From NCBI GenBank assembly GCA_009692015.1, contig SIAB01000001.1, positions 1-58,690 on the forward strand: 58,690 bases of DNA, in the 5' to 3' direction. This stretch comes from Phycisphaerales bacterium. Lineage in GTDB: Bacteria; Planctomycetota; Phycisphaerae; Phycisphaerales; SM1A02. The translations under genes and the position numbers were made by a program. Shown piece by piece: positions 47,639 to 56,993 of the stretch. The stretch's first letter is position 1, and the number at the start of each line of letters is the position of its first letter. The notes beneath the pieces are model-generated. The model had not been told where the DNA came from. It ran no database searches and saw only the letters and a list, made by a program, of their open reading frames with translations.

Positions 47639-47696
47639 GCGGGGGAACGAGTAGCCGCTCAGCCCAGTGACTGTTCATGGCTCGGCTCGCGGGCAA

Positions 47697-47903
47697 TCAG
47701 TCGCGGCGACGACGATGTCGAAGAGCGCCAGCGAGAACCAAGAGTCCGATCCCGCCAGGCGCTGGAATCGTGCCGATTGAGAAACTTCCGAATCCGAAGA
47801 GTGGTGTCGTCGATCCATCAGCCCTGTAGCGCAGAGTCATGTTCGCAGTGAATGCGGTCTCGTCTCTATGGAGCCGAGCGATCTGAAGCAACTTGACGCG
47901 CAT
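47697..47903 (-). pseudogene. PEP-CTERM sorting-signal remnant (no signal peptide, about 68 codons)
   Basis: The C-terminus IPAPGGIGLLVLAGALRHRRRRD has the PEP-like motif, a hydrophobic helix and an Arg cluster. No N-terminal signal peptide is present in any in-frame extension. Confidence 0.35.
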
Positions 47904-47953
47904 CGCAGCGCTGACACCGTTGGGTGCTTCTGGAGTTTCACTACGATGGATCA

Positions 47954-50900
47954 ATGAGCGCCTCTTCGCACAACGCCGCCGAGGAGAATTGGACGGCTCC
48001 GCTCGCTCGGGTGGATGGATTTGCGCTCTGTACGGCCGCGGAAGCACTCCTGAAGGGTTTCTTGGAAACGGAACTCGATGTCAGCGCAATCTTTGGAGTC
48101 CGCTGCGCTCCATTTGACGCTGTCTTTCGCGCCGCTGAATCGGACGAAAGCCAGTTGGTCTTGCAGCGAAATGGTGTTCGGTTGGTTGCGGTGCATGGCT
48201 CAGCTCGAGCCGTGGAACTTGCAGCCCAAGAAGCAGCGCGCGGCCGTCGTTGCGTCCTTCTCATTCCCAACGCAGAGCTCGACGACGTCGTGATCGCACT
48301 CGCCCAACTCTGCGAAACCCCGCTCGGCGAATCAGCGGGGATCTGCGTGGTGCTGGAGGACAACCCATTTGCGGTCCCCACCACCTGTCCGCGCCGCGTC
48401 TGCCGTCGAAGCGGATTCATGGCGGTGGAGCCCGCTGATGTCGGCGCCATGCGCGACGCAGGCGATGCGGTGCTGCGCCTCTCGCGAGCGACGCGCCGCC
48501 CAGCGGCGATCGTCGTGCATGTATCGCTTCTCCGGACAGCGTCAACGCTGCTGATGAGTCCCAATCGTCAAGTCGCACGGGTGGATCACGATGCGTGGCT
48601 GCGTCGAAAACAGTCCCCGCGGCTCGGTGACTCGGGCGATCCGCTGCGGATCATCCGCCAACTCGAACTTAATCGGTTGGACTATTTGCCGAGTCCTGGA
48701 GAACGCGAGCAATATGGGTTTCTGGCGATCGGTGCGAGCTCAATTGCTGTGGTGCACATGCTCGACGAGCTGGGGATGACCGGAAGAGTTCCGGTGCTTC
48801 GGCTCAGTGTGATCGATCCGCTTGACACTGCTGCGGTCACCCGGCTGCTCGAACGCTGTCATCATGTGATTCTTGTTGAAGCACGGCCTGGGTCGGTTGC
48901 CCCGCGCATCGCCGCGATCGCTCAAGAGATGCGCGCCTCGGATCGAGTTCCGGCGCAAGTCTGGTGGGATGCGATGCCACCCGCGGCTGGGGATGTCGAG
49001 CCACTGGGAATCAACGACGGACTTCGCACCAGCCTGCTCACCCGGCGCGTGGTTGGATTGCTCCACCTGATTCGACCGGGACTCCAACTCTCCGAGCGAC
49101 TCGCACGGGTTCCGGCGTGGGTCTCAACGATCGACCTCCCGCGGCGCAGTCATCGACTCGGAATGTCCGCGGCATTCGAGGCCGTTGCCAACGCCCTGCG
49201 TGATGCCGCGACGGTCGTCGGCGAGCGGGTCTACCCCGATCAGTTGCGGCGCGCAATTGTGAACGATCGTCAGGCACTCGTCGCGTCGGATGTGCTCTGC
49301 ATCGTCGAGATTTGGGATGGGCGGCGCTTCGCCCGCGAGGGGATTGGTGCGGTCCGGCAGGCCGCGCACGAGGTCGCCCCGCGCATCATTGTGGTCTGCG
49401 ACTTCGGAGCGGATGCAGAGGTGAATGTGCAGCGCATCGCCAGTGCAGCGTGCGATTCCGTGGGCGAGTCCCGTCTGGCTTTCGTTCGCGTAGACCTCAA
49501 TGACCACGAGGCACTGCGCGACGGAATCGTTTCAGCTGCAGAGGGAACGGCGTTCACCATTGTGATAGCCCAGGATGGGCCACCGCCACGGTTCGATGTG
49601 ATGGCGCTCGACCGCGCCGCACAGGAGATTGACCACGACGGGTTCTTGCGGCTGCAGCGATTTGTCCTGCCGGCTGACAATGCCTGCGAACTACGAGATC
49701 CTGGCTTGGCGACGCAAGTCGCGCGCGGCCTCCTGCGCGGATCCGATCCACTGCGCCCCGAGCCTTTGGTCGAGCGGTCGGTCGTTCCTGGATCGCGTGG
49801 GCTCTTCTTTCGATTGGAGTCCTTGCTCGAACAGGTCGAGATCATTCGCACCAGACCACCCGCGGGGATGGATGAACTGCGCACTTCGGTGCGGATGACT
49901 CCGGCGCGACCCTTGCACGCCGAGCAGGGAATGTGGCGGGTACACCTAGCGGGATTTCGTGGCGATGCTCCAGGTGCTGCGGGACAGGTTCTCGCGCAGG
50001 CCGGTCGGACGATGGGATTCCGCGTGGACTGGACGCATCTCGGTGTACCGCTGGGTCCTGGACGGCGGGCGTGGGCGCAATTGGTTTTCACGCGCATGGA
50101 TGAAGAGGCGAACTCCCGCGCCTCTGTGGGCGCAGATCCCGGGCGCGACTCGGCGAAGTTCACAGTTCAGATTCCATATGGCGAAGCCGATCTGGTGATT
50201 GGGATCGATCCAGTCGAGACCATTCGGGCGATCGCAACCGACGCCCAACTGCGCGTCGCGGGTCCACAGCGCACGGCGCTCGTCGCCAACGTCACGCCAC
50301 TCGAAGATCAGCTCGACGCCGAGACCTGTCAGGCCGCCCAGCGGCTCGCCGCGGTCGCCCAAGTGACAACCCACCCCGAGCGGCGGGTGATGATCGACAT
50401 CGTTTCAGAAGCGCGTGCCATTTTTCTCACCGATCGCCAGAGCGACCTCGTCGCGTTAGGGATCGCATTCCAGCGCGGGTTCATCCCCGTCTCGATCGAG
50501 GCACTCGAAGGAGCCGCACGACGGGTGGAATCACTTGGTTTCGCCCGGAGTTTTGAAGCGATTCAGCTTGGTCGCATCCTGGGCGCGCGGGGGGATGATT
50601 CACCGACGGAGTCTCGCTCGACGCTGGGATCATCCGCGACCGTTGAGGACACCGGTCGTCTCGCGCGCCGCGTGAGCGCGGATCGTCAACTCGGCGGAAG
50701 ACGCGATCGAAGTCGTGGTCATCGCCTGCGACACGCGGTGGCAGATGGACTTGGGCAAATCGCGCATCTTGGGGCGACCCGCCACGGACGGGAGGCGATG
50801 CGCGACTTTGCCACCGCCATGCGCCGCTGCGAAATGTGGGGGGGGTTCGAGTACGCGCTGCAGTACTCCGCCGCGATCTGTTCTCTGCGACGGAGTGATC

Positions 50901-51427
50901 GCGCGGATGAATCGGACGAACTTGCGCGACTCGCGATCCTGCCGCTGGCCGAATGCTTCTTGATTCGTGACCTCTGGTATGTCGGCGCACTCACCACCAG
51001 CCTCGACCAGAACCATCGGATTCGCGAGACACTCGGGGTTCGACTGGCCCGCGGCGACGAGATTCGACGACGCTACTTGCACCGCATGGAGATACGCCTG
51101 GCCACCCATCGCTGGGTGATTGAGTTTCGATCGAGTGACTGGCCCGATCGCATCATGCGCGCCACGCTCCCATTCGTTCCGCTGGGTCTGCGCGGGAGCA
51201 CGCAGACCCGCGGTCTGCGCGAAGCGATGCGGGTTCTCTTCGACCGAGCTGCCGCCGACAGCGCGCGATCGAGCGCCTGGATTGAGTTTGCTCGCCGAAT
51301 GCACGATGCGGCGGTCGATGGCAGCATTCGGGCGATGACTGCAGCGCAGGTGGAGCACTTTGCGGTGGCCTGCGGCGCGCTCGATGCCGCGATTCTCACG
51401 GAGCGGCAGATGGAGCTTCGCGCGTAG
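47954..51427 (+). CDS. Indolepyruvate ferredoxin oxidoreductase-family (fused IorA/IorB-like) protein, highly divergent
   Basis: 1158 aa from the ATG at 47954. It is collinear with the ~1150-aa fused Ior family. N-domain: LCTAAEALLKGFLE..., VVLEDNPF. C-domain: IPYGEADLVIGIDPVETIR, LVALGIAFQRGFIPVSIEALEGA. The cofactor motifs look degenerate. Confidence 0.7.
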   Translation: MSASSHNAAEENWTAPLARVDGFALCTAAEALLKGFLETELDVSAIFGVRCAPFDAVFRAAESDESQLVLQRNGVRLVAVHGSARAVELAAQEAARGRRCVLLIPNAELDDVVIALAQLCETPLGESAGICVVLEDNPFAVPTTCPRRVCRRSGFMAVEPADVGAMRDAGDAVLRLSRATRRPAAIVVHVSLLRTASTLLMSPNRQVARVDHDAWLRRKQSPRLGDSGDPLRIIRQLELNRLDYLPSPGEREQYGFLAIGASSIAVVHMLDELGMTGRVPVLRLSVIDPLDTAAVTRLLERCHHVILVEARPGSVAPRIAAIAQEMRASDRVPAQVWWDAMPPAAGDVEPLGINDGLRTSLLTRRVVGLLHLIRPGLQLSERLARVPAWVSTIDLPRRSHRLGMSAAFEAVANALRDAATVVGERVYPDQLRRAIVNDRQALVASDVLCIVEIWDGRRFAREGIGAVRQAAHEVAPRIIVVCDFGADAEVNVQRIASAACDSVGESRLAFVRVDLNDHEALRDGIVSAAEGTAFTIVIAQDGPPPRFDVMALDRAAQEIDHDGFLRLQRFVLPADNACELRDPGLATQVARGLLRGSDPLRPEPLVERSVVPGSRGLFFRLESLLEQVEIIRTRPPAGMDELRTSVRMTPARPLHAEQGMWRVHLAGFRGDAPGAAGQVLAQAGRTMGFRVDWTHLGVPLGPGRRAWAQLVFTRMDEEANSRASVGADPGRDSAKFTVQIPYGEADLVIGIDPVETIRAIATDAQLRVAGPQRTALVANVTPLEDQLDAETCQAAQRLAAVAQVTTHPERRVMIDIVSEARAIFLTDRQSDLVALGIAFQRGFIPVSIEALEGAARRVESLGFARSFEAIQLGRILGARGDDSPTESRSTLGSSATVEDTGRLARRVSADRQLGGRRDRSRGHRLRHAVADGLGQIAHLGATRHGREAMRDFATAMRRCEMWGGFEYALQYSAAICSLRRSDRADESDELARLAILPLAECFLIRDLWYVGALTTSLDQNHRIRETLGVRLARGDEIRRRYLHRMEIRLATHRWVIEFRSSDWPDRIMRATLPFVPLGLRGSTQTRGLREAMRVLFDRAAADSARSSAWIEFARRMHDAAVDGSIRAMTAAQVEHFAVACGALDAAILTERQMELRA

Positions 51428-52514
51428 GCGATGACTGCTCGTGACGAAGCTGACCGCACGCCGCAGCAATGTCGCGACCGCGGCTGGCGCGAATGTGGAC
51501 ATTCACATCGCGCATGCGCAGGATGTTTTGAAACCGCAGGACATCCTCGGTTGCGGGTCGTTGAAAGGGCATTCCCCGCACCTCGTTGTAGCGGATCAGA
51601 TTCACATTGGCGTGGATGCGCTTGGCGTGAAAGGCCAATTCCTCGGCGTGCTCGGGTCGATCATTCACGCCGCCAAGCAAGATGTACTCGAGGGTGATCT
51701 CGCGACCAGTCTTCTCAAACCAGGTATCGCAGGCATCGAGTAACTCGTTGATCGTGCTGAACTCAGCCCAGGGAATGATCTCGCGGCGCAGCGCATCATT
51801 GGGCGCGTGCAGACTGAGCGCCAGGGTGACGGGGACTTCGAAGTCGCAGAACTTGAGGATCGCGGCTGGGAGTCCAACCGTCGATAGGGTGATGCGCCGC
51901 GCACTGATTCCAAATCCCCAGGGGGCGTTGAGGGTGCGAATGGCGTCGGTTACGGCGGAATAGTTTGCCAAGGGCTCACCCATCCCCATGAAGACGACAT
52001 GCGAGACGCGTTCGACACCCTTGAGGCACGCAACATGAAAGACCTGCTCGATGATCTGCGCGGCCGTGAGATTCCCGGAGAGTCCGCCGATCCCAGAGGC
52101 GCAAAAACGACAGCCAACGGGACAACCCAACTGGCTCGAAATGCAGGCAGTCTTGCGGTCGTCGGTGGGGATGAGCACGCACTCTGTTTCTTCGCCGCGC
52201 GCGACGGGGGATTGTCCAATGACAGGCATGACCGGCAGCGACCCGCCGTCTTGCAGCACACGCGCCCACGAGAGCAGTAGTTTTTGGGTGCCATCCGTTG
52301 CGGATTGGTGGGCAACGGATCGACCTTCCTTGAAGATCAATTCCGCAGCGAGTTGCACCCGAATTCCCTTGGCGAGATTGCTCATCTCCATTGGATCAGC
52401 GATCCCCTTGCGGTAGACCCAATCGAGAACCTGGTCGGTGGTGTGACGGGGCAGGTGGTGCGCGGCAACCCACGCAGCAAGTCCCTCGCGATTCAGTGAG
52501 AAGAAGGGGATCAT
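51396..52514 (-). CDS. rlmN: 23S rRNA/tRNA adenine-C2 methyltransferase RlmN (radical SAM)
   Basis: Radical-SAM motif CPVGCRFCASG, plus VVFMGMGEPLANY and the C-terminal ACGQL motif. Confidence 0.95.
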   Translation of the reverse strand: MIPFFSLNREGLAAWVAAHHLPRHTTDQVLDWVYRKGIADPMEMSNLAKGIRVQLAAELIFKEGRSVAHQSATDGTQKLLLSWARVLQDGGSLPVMPVIGQSPVARGEETECVLIPTDDRKTACISSQLGCPVGCRFCASGIGGLSGNLTAAQIIEQVFHVACLKGVERVSHVVFMGMGEPLANYSAVTDAIRTLNAPWGFGISARRITLSTVGLPAAILKFCDFEVPVTLALSLHAPNDALRREIIPWAEFSTINELLDACDTWFEKTGREITLEYILLGGVNDRPEHAEELAFHAKRIHANVNLIRYNEVRGMPFQRPATEDVLRFQNILRMRDVNVHIRASRGRDIAAACGQLRHEQSSPTREAPSAAP

Positions 52515-52565
52515 GGCCGGGGGCGCCCGGAGCCTTTGAAGAGCGCGGGACCGATGTTGGGCTGC

Positions 52566-53651
52566 CTATCCACGCTTCGCGATTCCAAGCGGCGATCTTC
52601 CACCGACGGTCAAGTCAATGGTGCGAAATGGAATGTTGTGCTGCTCGAACCATTCGTGCAAGCGAGCACCCTCATCGCCACGAATGATGCGCCGACCCAC
52701 TGGGTCGACTCCGCGCGCGCGCATCACGGCTTTCAATGTGCCAGGGAGTCCGAATTCGATCTCTTCGTGGCAGATATCGTGTTGCTCGACTTCGGCGCCG
52801 TATGTGCGTACCAGATCTTCGATCAGATCGTGGACGAGATCCTCGGGAGCGCTCGCGCCGGCGGTGACCAGGACCGTTTCGACACCCACGAACCACTTTG
52901 GGTCGATTTCAGTTCGATCATCGACCAGTCGCGCCGGCGTTCCGCAGTTCATCGAAATCTCTGTGAGGCGCACGGAGTTTGAGGAGTTGGCGCTTCCAAC
53001 AACCAGCACCAGATCACAGTTCGGCGCGATCGCCCGAACCGCGGTTTGCCGATTCGTTGTGGCGTAGCAAATGTCGCTGACCGGTGGTTCTTTGATCGCG
53101 GGGAAGGCCTTCTTCAATGCTTCAATGATCACGCCGGCATCATCGAGTGAAAGCGTTGTCTGGGTCAGATAGACCAACCGCTCCCGGTCGTGAATGACCA
53201 AGTGTGCAATGTCGGAGGGCCGTTCGACGACTTGTATCGCATCGGGCGCCTCGCCGAGCGTTCCAACGACCTCTTGATGCTGTCGATGTCCGACGAGGAG
53301 AATCTGAAATCCCTTGCGCGCATATCGGATTGCCTCGGCGTGAACCTTGGTGACTAGTGGACAGGTGGCATCGATCGCCGCGAGCTTCTTGGCCTGGGCC
53401 TCGCGTCGAATTGCGGGGCTGACTCCATGGGCGCTGAACACGACGATGGCTCCATCGGGCACATCGTTGATCGACTCGACAAAGACCACGCCGCGGCGCT
53501 CGAATCGCGCCACAACATGGCGATTATGGACAATTTCATGGAAGACATAGATGGTCTCACCCTGGCAGATATCCAGGAGTTGGTCGACCACATCGATCGC
53601 CATATAAACGCCGGCGCAGAAGCCGCGAGGATTGGCGAGAAGGATCTTCAT
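52566..53651 (-). CDS. ispH: 4-hydroxy-3-methylbut-2-enyl diphosphate reductase IspH/LytB, with a ~50-aa C-terminal extension
   Basis: NPRGFCAGV, HEIVHN, FSAHGVSP, ATCPLVTKVH, VVGSANSSNS. ATG at 53651 (MKILLANPRGF). Confidence 0.93.
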   Translation of the reverse strand: MKILLANPRGFCAGVYMAIDVVDQLLDICQGETIYVFHEIVHNRHVVARFERRGVVFVESINDVPDGAIVVFSAHGVSPAIRREAQAKKLAAIDATCPLVTKVHAEAIRYARKGFQILLVGHRQHQEVVGTLGEAPDAIQVVERPSDIAHLVIHDRERLVYLTQTTLSLDDAGVIIEALKKAFPAIKEPPVSDICYATTNRQTAVRAIAPNCDLVLVVGSANSSNSVRLTEISMNCGTPARLVDDRTEIDPKWFVGVETVLVTAGASAPEDLVHDLIEDLVRTYGAEVEQHDICHEEIEFGLPGTLKAVMRARGVDPVGRRIIRGDEGARLHEWFEQHNIPFRTIDLTVGGRSPLGIAKRG

Positions 53652-53706
53652 GAGCAGAGCGATCATAGCCGTCGAAGGGTGATTCGCGGTGTAATCTCCG
53701 AAACCG

Positions 53707-54678
53707 ATGCCAACCATTCGAGGAGAAAGAACAGTCGATCTCGCGACATTTGGTCCCGCGACTTCTCGCGTCGCAACGGCGGCAGAGGCGCAAGTCTGGT
53801 GCGCCGAGTTGACGCGAACACACGGCGAAAACTTCTCGGTGCTCAGTCGCTTTGTTCCGCGCGATCGCGTGGAGGACTTCAGGGCGATCTACGCCTTTTG
53901 CCGCGTTGCGGACGATTTGGGAGATGAGATGGAGTGCACCGAGCGATCCACGGAACTTCTCGCCTGGTGGCGCAGCGAGTTGGAACGCTGTTACCGTGGC
54001 GATGCCAGCCATCCCGTCTTCGTCGCTCTGCGACCAACCATCGCGCGCCACGATCTCCCAGCGCAACCCTTCCACGATCTCATCGCGGCCTTCGAGAGCG
54101 ATCAGACCAAGACGCGCTATGCGAACTGGGAAGAACTGCTGCAGTACTGCCGACTCAGCGCAGATCCGGTTGGGAGGCTGGTTCTTATGGTTCTTGGCGA
54201 GCCGCGCGATCCAGAAATCTTTGCAGCCAGCGACGCGATTTGCACAGCGCTGCAATTGACAAATCACTGGCAGGATGTGAGCCGCGACCTGATGGAGCGT
54301 GACCGAATCTATGTTCCGATGGATGCCTGGCCCGTGGATCGTTTCGCAGAGCGACTCGCCACGACCTGCCGGCAGGGGTACGCCCCAGACCCCGTGTTTC
54401 TCGTCCAGTGGCGGGACATGTTGCGCGCTCAGGCGAACCGAACCTGGTCGCTCTTCGAATCGGGTCAACGGCTGCTCGAATTGGTGCAACCCGCGCATCG
54501 TCCACTCATCTGGCTCTTCCTCGCCGGTGGAACGAGCACGCTGCGATTGGTCGAGACATGGAACTACGAGACTTGTCTCGCCCGACCCCGACTCTCCAAG
54601 GTTTCAAAGTTGCTTCTGATCGCCCGCGCGTCGTGGAAATTTCGGAAATCGGCCGCGCGCGTACGGGTGAGTCCTTGA
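53707..54678 (+). CDS. hpnC: Hydroxysqualene synthase HpnC (squalene/phytoene synthase family)
   Basis: GENFSVLSRFVP, YAFCRVADDLGDE, LQLTNHWQDVSRD. It is the first of three overlapping hpn genes. Confidence 0.82.
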   Translation: MPTIRGERTVDLATFGPATSRVATAAEAQVWCAELTRTHGENFSVLSRFVPRDRVEDFRAIYAFCRVADDLGDEMECTERSTELLAWWRSELERCYRGDASHPVFVALRPTIARHDLPAQPFHDLIAAFESDQTKTRYANWEELLQYCRLSADPVGRLVLMVLGEPRDPEIFAASDAICTALQLTNHWQDVSRDLMERDRIYVPMDAWPVDRFAERLATTCRQGYAPDPVFLVQWRDMLRAQANRTWSLFESGQRLLELVQPAHRPLIWLFLAGGTSTLRLVETWNYETCLARPRLSKVSKLLLIARASWKFRKSAARVRVSP

Positions 54679-55571
54679 CCGTTTGTGCCACCAGCGCGCT
54701 GGCGACCGATCCACAGGTGCGTGCTGCGGTGGCAGTCTGTCGCGAGATCACCAGAACGCGCGCGGGAAATTTCTACTGGGGGCTTCGACTCACCCCCGAG
54801 CCGCGCCGATCCGCGATGTACGCGATCTACGCCTGGATGCGTGAAGCTGATGACATCGTGGACGGTCCGCAGGTCTCGCGCGCCGCGGGTCACGCCTTGG
54901 TGACTGCCTTTCGCGAGCAGACGCGCCAAGCACTCACGGGCGTAGCGGAATCAGAAGAACCCATCTGGCGTGCGCTCGCTGCGGTGGCACGGGAATACCC
55001 GATTTCGGCGAGCGACTTTTATGAAATGCTCGATGGACAGATCGCGGATCTGGATCCGAGGCGACTGCAGAGTTGGGACGAGCTGCGTCACTACTGCTGC
55101 CAGGTTGCCGGAACAGTTGGCAGCGTGTGCGTCTCAATCTGGGGGCAGACCGATCCGCAGGCATCGGATCTCGCTGTCGAACGCGGCATCGCATTTCAAC
55201 TGACCAACATCCTGCGCGATGTTGGCGAGGACCTGAAGTCGAACAGGGTCTATCTGCCCGAATCCGAATTTGCTCGATTCGCAATCACCCCCGAGGAACT
55301 GGCGCTCTGGTCGAGACCCCGTGGCTGCGAGGCACTCATGCGCAGCGTGATCACCACGGCGCGCGAGCACTTCGTTCGCAGCGAACCCCTCGACCAGATG
55401 ATCGACCCTGCCTGTCGCGCGACGCTTTGGGCGATGACCGAAATCTACCGTCAGCTGCTGGAGACGATTGCGCGAGATCCCGCGCAAGTCACGCGGCGGC
55501 GGGTGCGACTCTCCACCCCACGAAAGATGTGGATCGCCCTGCGTGCCCGCACGCTTGGCGGCAATTCGTGA
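54675..55571 (+). CDS. hpnD: Presqualene diphosphate synthase HpnD (squalene/phytoene synthase family)
   Basis: GNFYWGLRLTPEPRRSAMYAIYAWMREADDIVDG, FQLTNILRDVGEDL. The TTG start at 54675 is inferred from its overlap with the hpnC stop (TTGA); the in-frame ATG at 54558 would overlap hpnC by 120 nt. Confidence 0.8.
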   Translation: MTVCATSALATDPQVRAAVAVCREITRTRAGNFYWGLRLTPEPRRSAMYAIYAWMREADDIVDGPQVSRAAGHALVTAFREQTRQALTGVAESEEPIWRALAAVAREYPISASDFYEMLDGQIADLDPRRLQSWDELRHYCCQVAGTVGSVCVSIWGQTDPQASDLAVERGIAFQLTNILRDVGEDLKSNRVYLPESEFARFAITPEELALWSRPRGCEALMRSVITTAREHFVRSEPLDQMIDPACRATLWAMTEIYRQLLETIARDPAQVTRRRVRLSTPRKMWIALRARTLGGNS

Positions 55572-56992
55572 AGCCCGCAATCGTTGTCGTTGGCGGCGGA
55601 CTTGCCGGTATCGCAGCCGCACTTCGCCTGGTCGATGACGGCGAGCGGGTGATCCTGCTTGAGTCACGAAAAAAGCTGGGTGGGCGCGCCACGAGTTTCA
55701 GCGATGTGCGCAGCGGCGAGGTTCTGGACAATTGCCAACATGTGGTGATGGGAAGCTGTACCAATCTGCTCGATTTGTATGAGCGGCTGGGAGTCCTGCA
55801 ATATGTGCAGTGGCATCCCAAGATCTGGTGGGCGAATCCGCCGCACGCCCCGGATGTGATGCAGCCGGGCGTGCTCCCGGCCCCGCTTCACTTTGCGATT
55901 GGTTTTCTGCGAATGAAGCTGCTCTCGCTGCAGGACAAGCGGGGGATCGCCCGCGCGATGTGGCAACTCATCCGAATGGGTGGTGAGGGACGGGCGCGCT
56001 GGCGTGGTCGCGCCTTCGCAGAGTTTCTTGCGGAAACAAAACAGACCGCCCACGCCTGCAAAGTGTTTTGGGATCCGGTGGTGGTCAGCGCCTGCAATGT
56101 TCCCTGCGAGCGAACCGATGCTGCCCACGCCATGCTGGTGTTTCAGCAGGGATTCCTGCAGGATCGTTGGAGTCCAGTCATGGGTCTCTCGACGGTTCCG
56201 CTCTGGTCGCTCTACGAACCGGCGACTGCGATCCTGGAGGCTTCGGGGGGAGCCATTCGCACCGGAGTGAGTGTGCTGGCCCTCGCCTATGACGGCAGAC
56301 GGGTCACTGGCGTGGTCACGGATGAGGGGATCGTGGAAGCCGGGATGGTTGTCGCCGCGGTGCCACCCGATCGCCTTGCGAAACTCTGTTCCCAGACAAT
56401 GCGCGCTGCGGATTGCCGGCTCGCGCAACTCGATGCCTTTACCTTCAGCCCGATTCTTGGGGTGCACCTTTTCTTCGAGCAGCAGATCATGTCGACCCCG
56501 CATCTCGTTCTGCCCGGTCGCCCCACGCAGTGGCTATTCAAGAAAGGGATCGATTCTCAAGGACGGCTACACATCCATGCTGTGATCAGCGCGGCGGATG
56601 CTTGGATGGAGCTCGATGAGGGCGAGATCGTCCGTCGCGTCATGGCCGACATTCACTGGGCGATCCCAGGGTCGCGTGGTCTTGAGCCGTCCGCGGTTCG
56701 CGCCGTGAAGGAGAAACGGGCGACTTTCGCCTGCCTTCCAGCCATTGACGCCATCCGCCCAAGCGCGGTGGTCGATGGGATTCGTGGCGGGATCAACAAC
56801 CTTTTCTTGTGCGGCGACTGGTGCGATACCGGCTGGCCGGCGACGATGGAGGGGGCGGTGCGCAGTGGATACCGCGCAGCCCATGGGGTGTGCTCTGCGC
56901 TCGGTCGCCCCGCGTCGGGGAAGGATTCGTCACGGCTTGGGCTGGTTGCGGATGTTCCCGCAGCTCGACTCGCGCGACTCTTGGGGCTCTGA
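55568..56992 (+). CDS. hpnE: FAD-dependent hydroxysqualene dehydroxylase HpnE (amine-oxidase family)
   Basis: The GTG at 55568 overlaps the hpnD stop (GTGA). Dinucleotide fold VVVGGGLAGIAAAL...LESRKKLGGRA. C-terminal FLCGDW motif. Confidence 0.82.
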   Translation: MKPAIVVVGGGLAGIAAALRLVDDGERVILLESRKKLGGRATSFSDVRSGEVLDNCQHVVMGSCTNLLDLYERLGVLQYVQWHPKIWWANPPHAPDVMQPGVLPAPLHFAIGFLRMKLLSLQDKRGIARAMWQLIRMGGEGRARWRGRAFAEFLAETKQTAHACKVFWDPVVVSACNVPCERTDAAHAMLVFQQGFLQDRWSPVMGLSTVPLWSLYEPATAILEASGGAIRTGVSVLALAYDGRRVTGVVTDEGIVEAGMVVAAVPPDRLAKLCSQTMRAADCRLAQLDAFTFSPILGVHLFFEQQIMSTPHLVLPGRPTQWLFKKGIDSQGRLHIHAVISAADAWMELDEGEIVRRVMADIHWAIPGSRGLEPSAVRAVKEKRATFACLPAIDAIRPSAVVDGIRGGINNLFLCGDWCDTGWPATMEGAVRSGYRAAHGVCSALGRPASGKDSSRLGLVADVPAARLARLLGL

Positions 56993-56993
56993 G

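Noticed and set aside
47636-47661. A 7-bp hairpin, TGAGCGG...CCGCTCA, immediately after the HAD hydrolase stop, considered as a terminator.
   Set aside because: It has a 12-nt loop and no downstream U-tract, so the evidence is weak.
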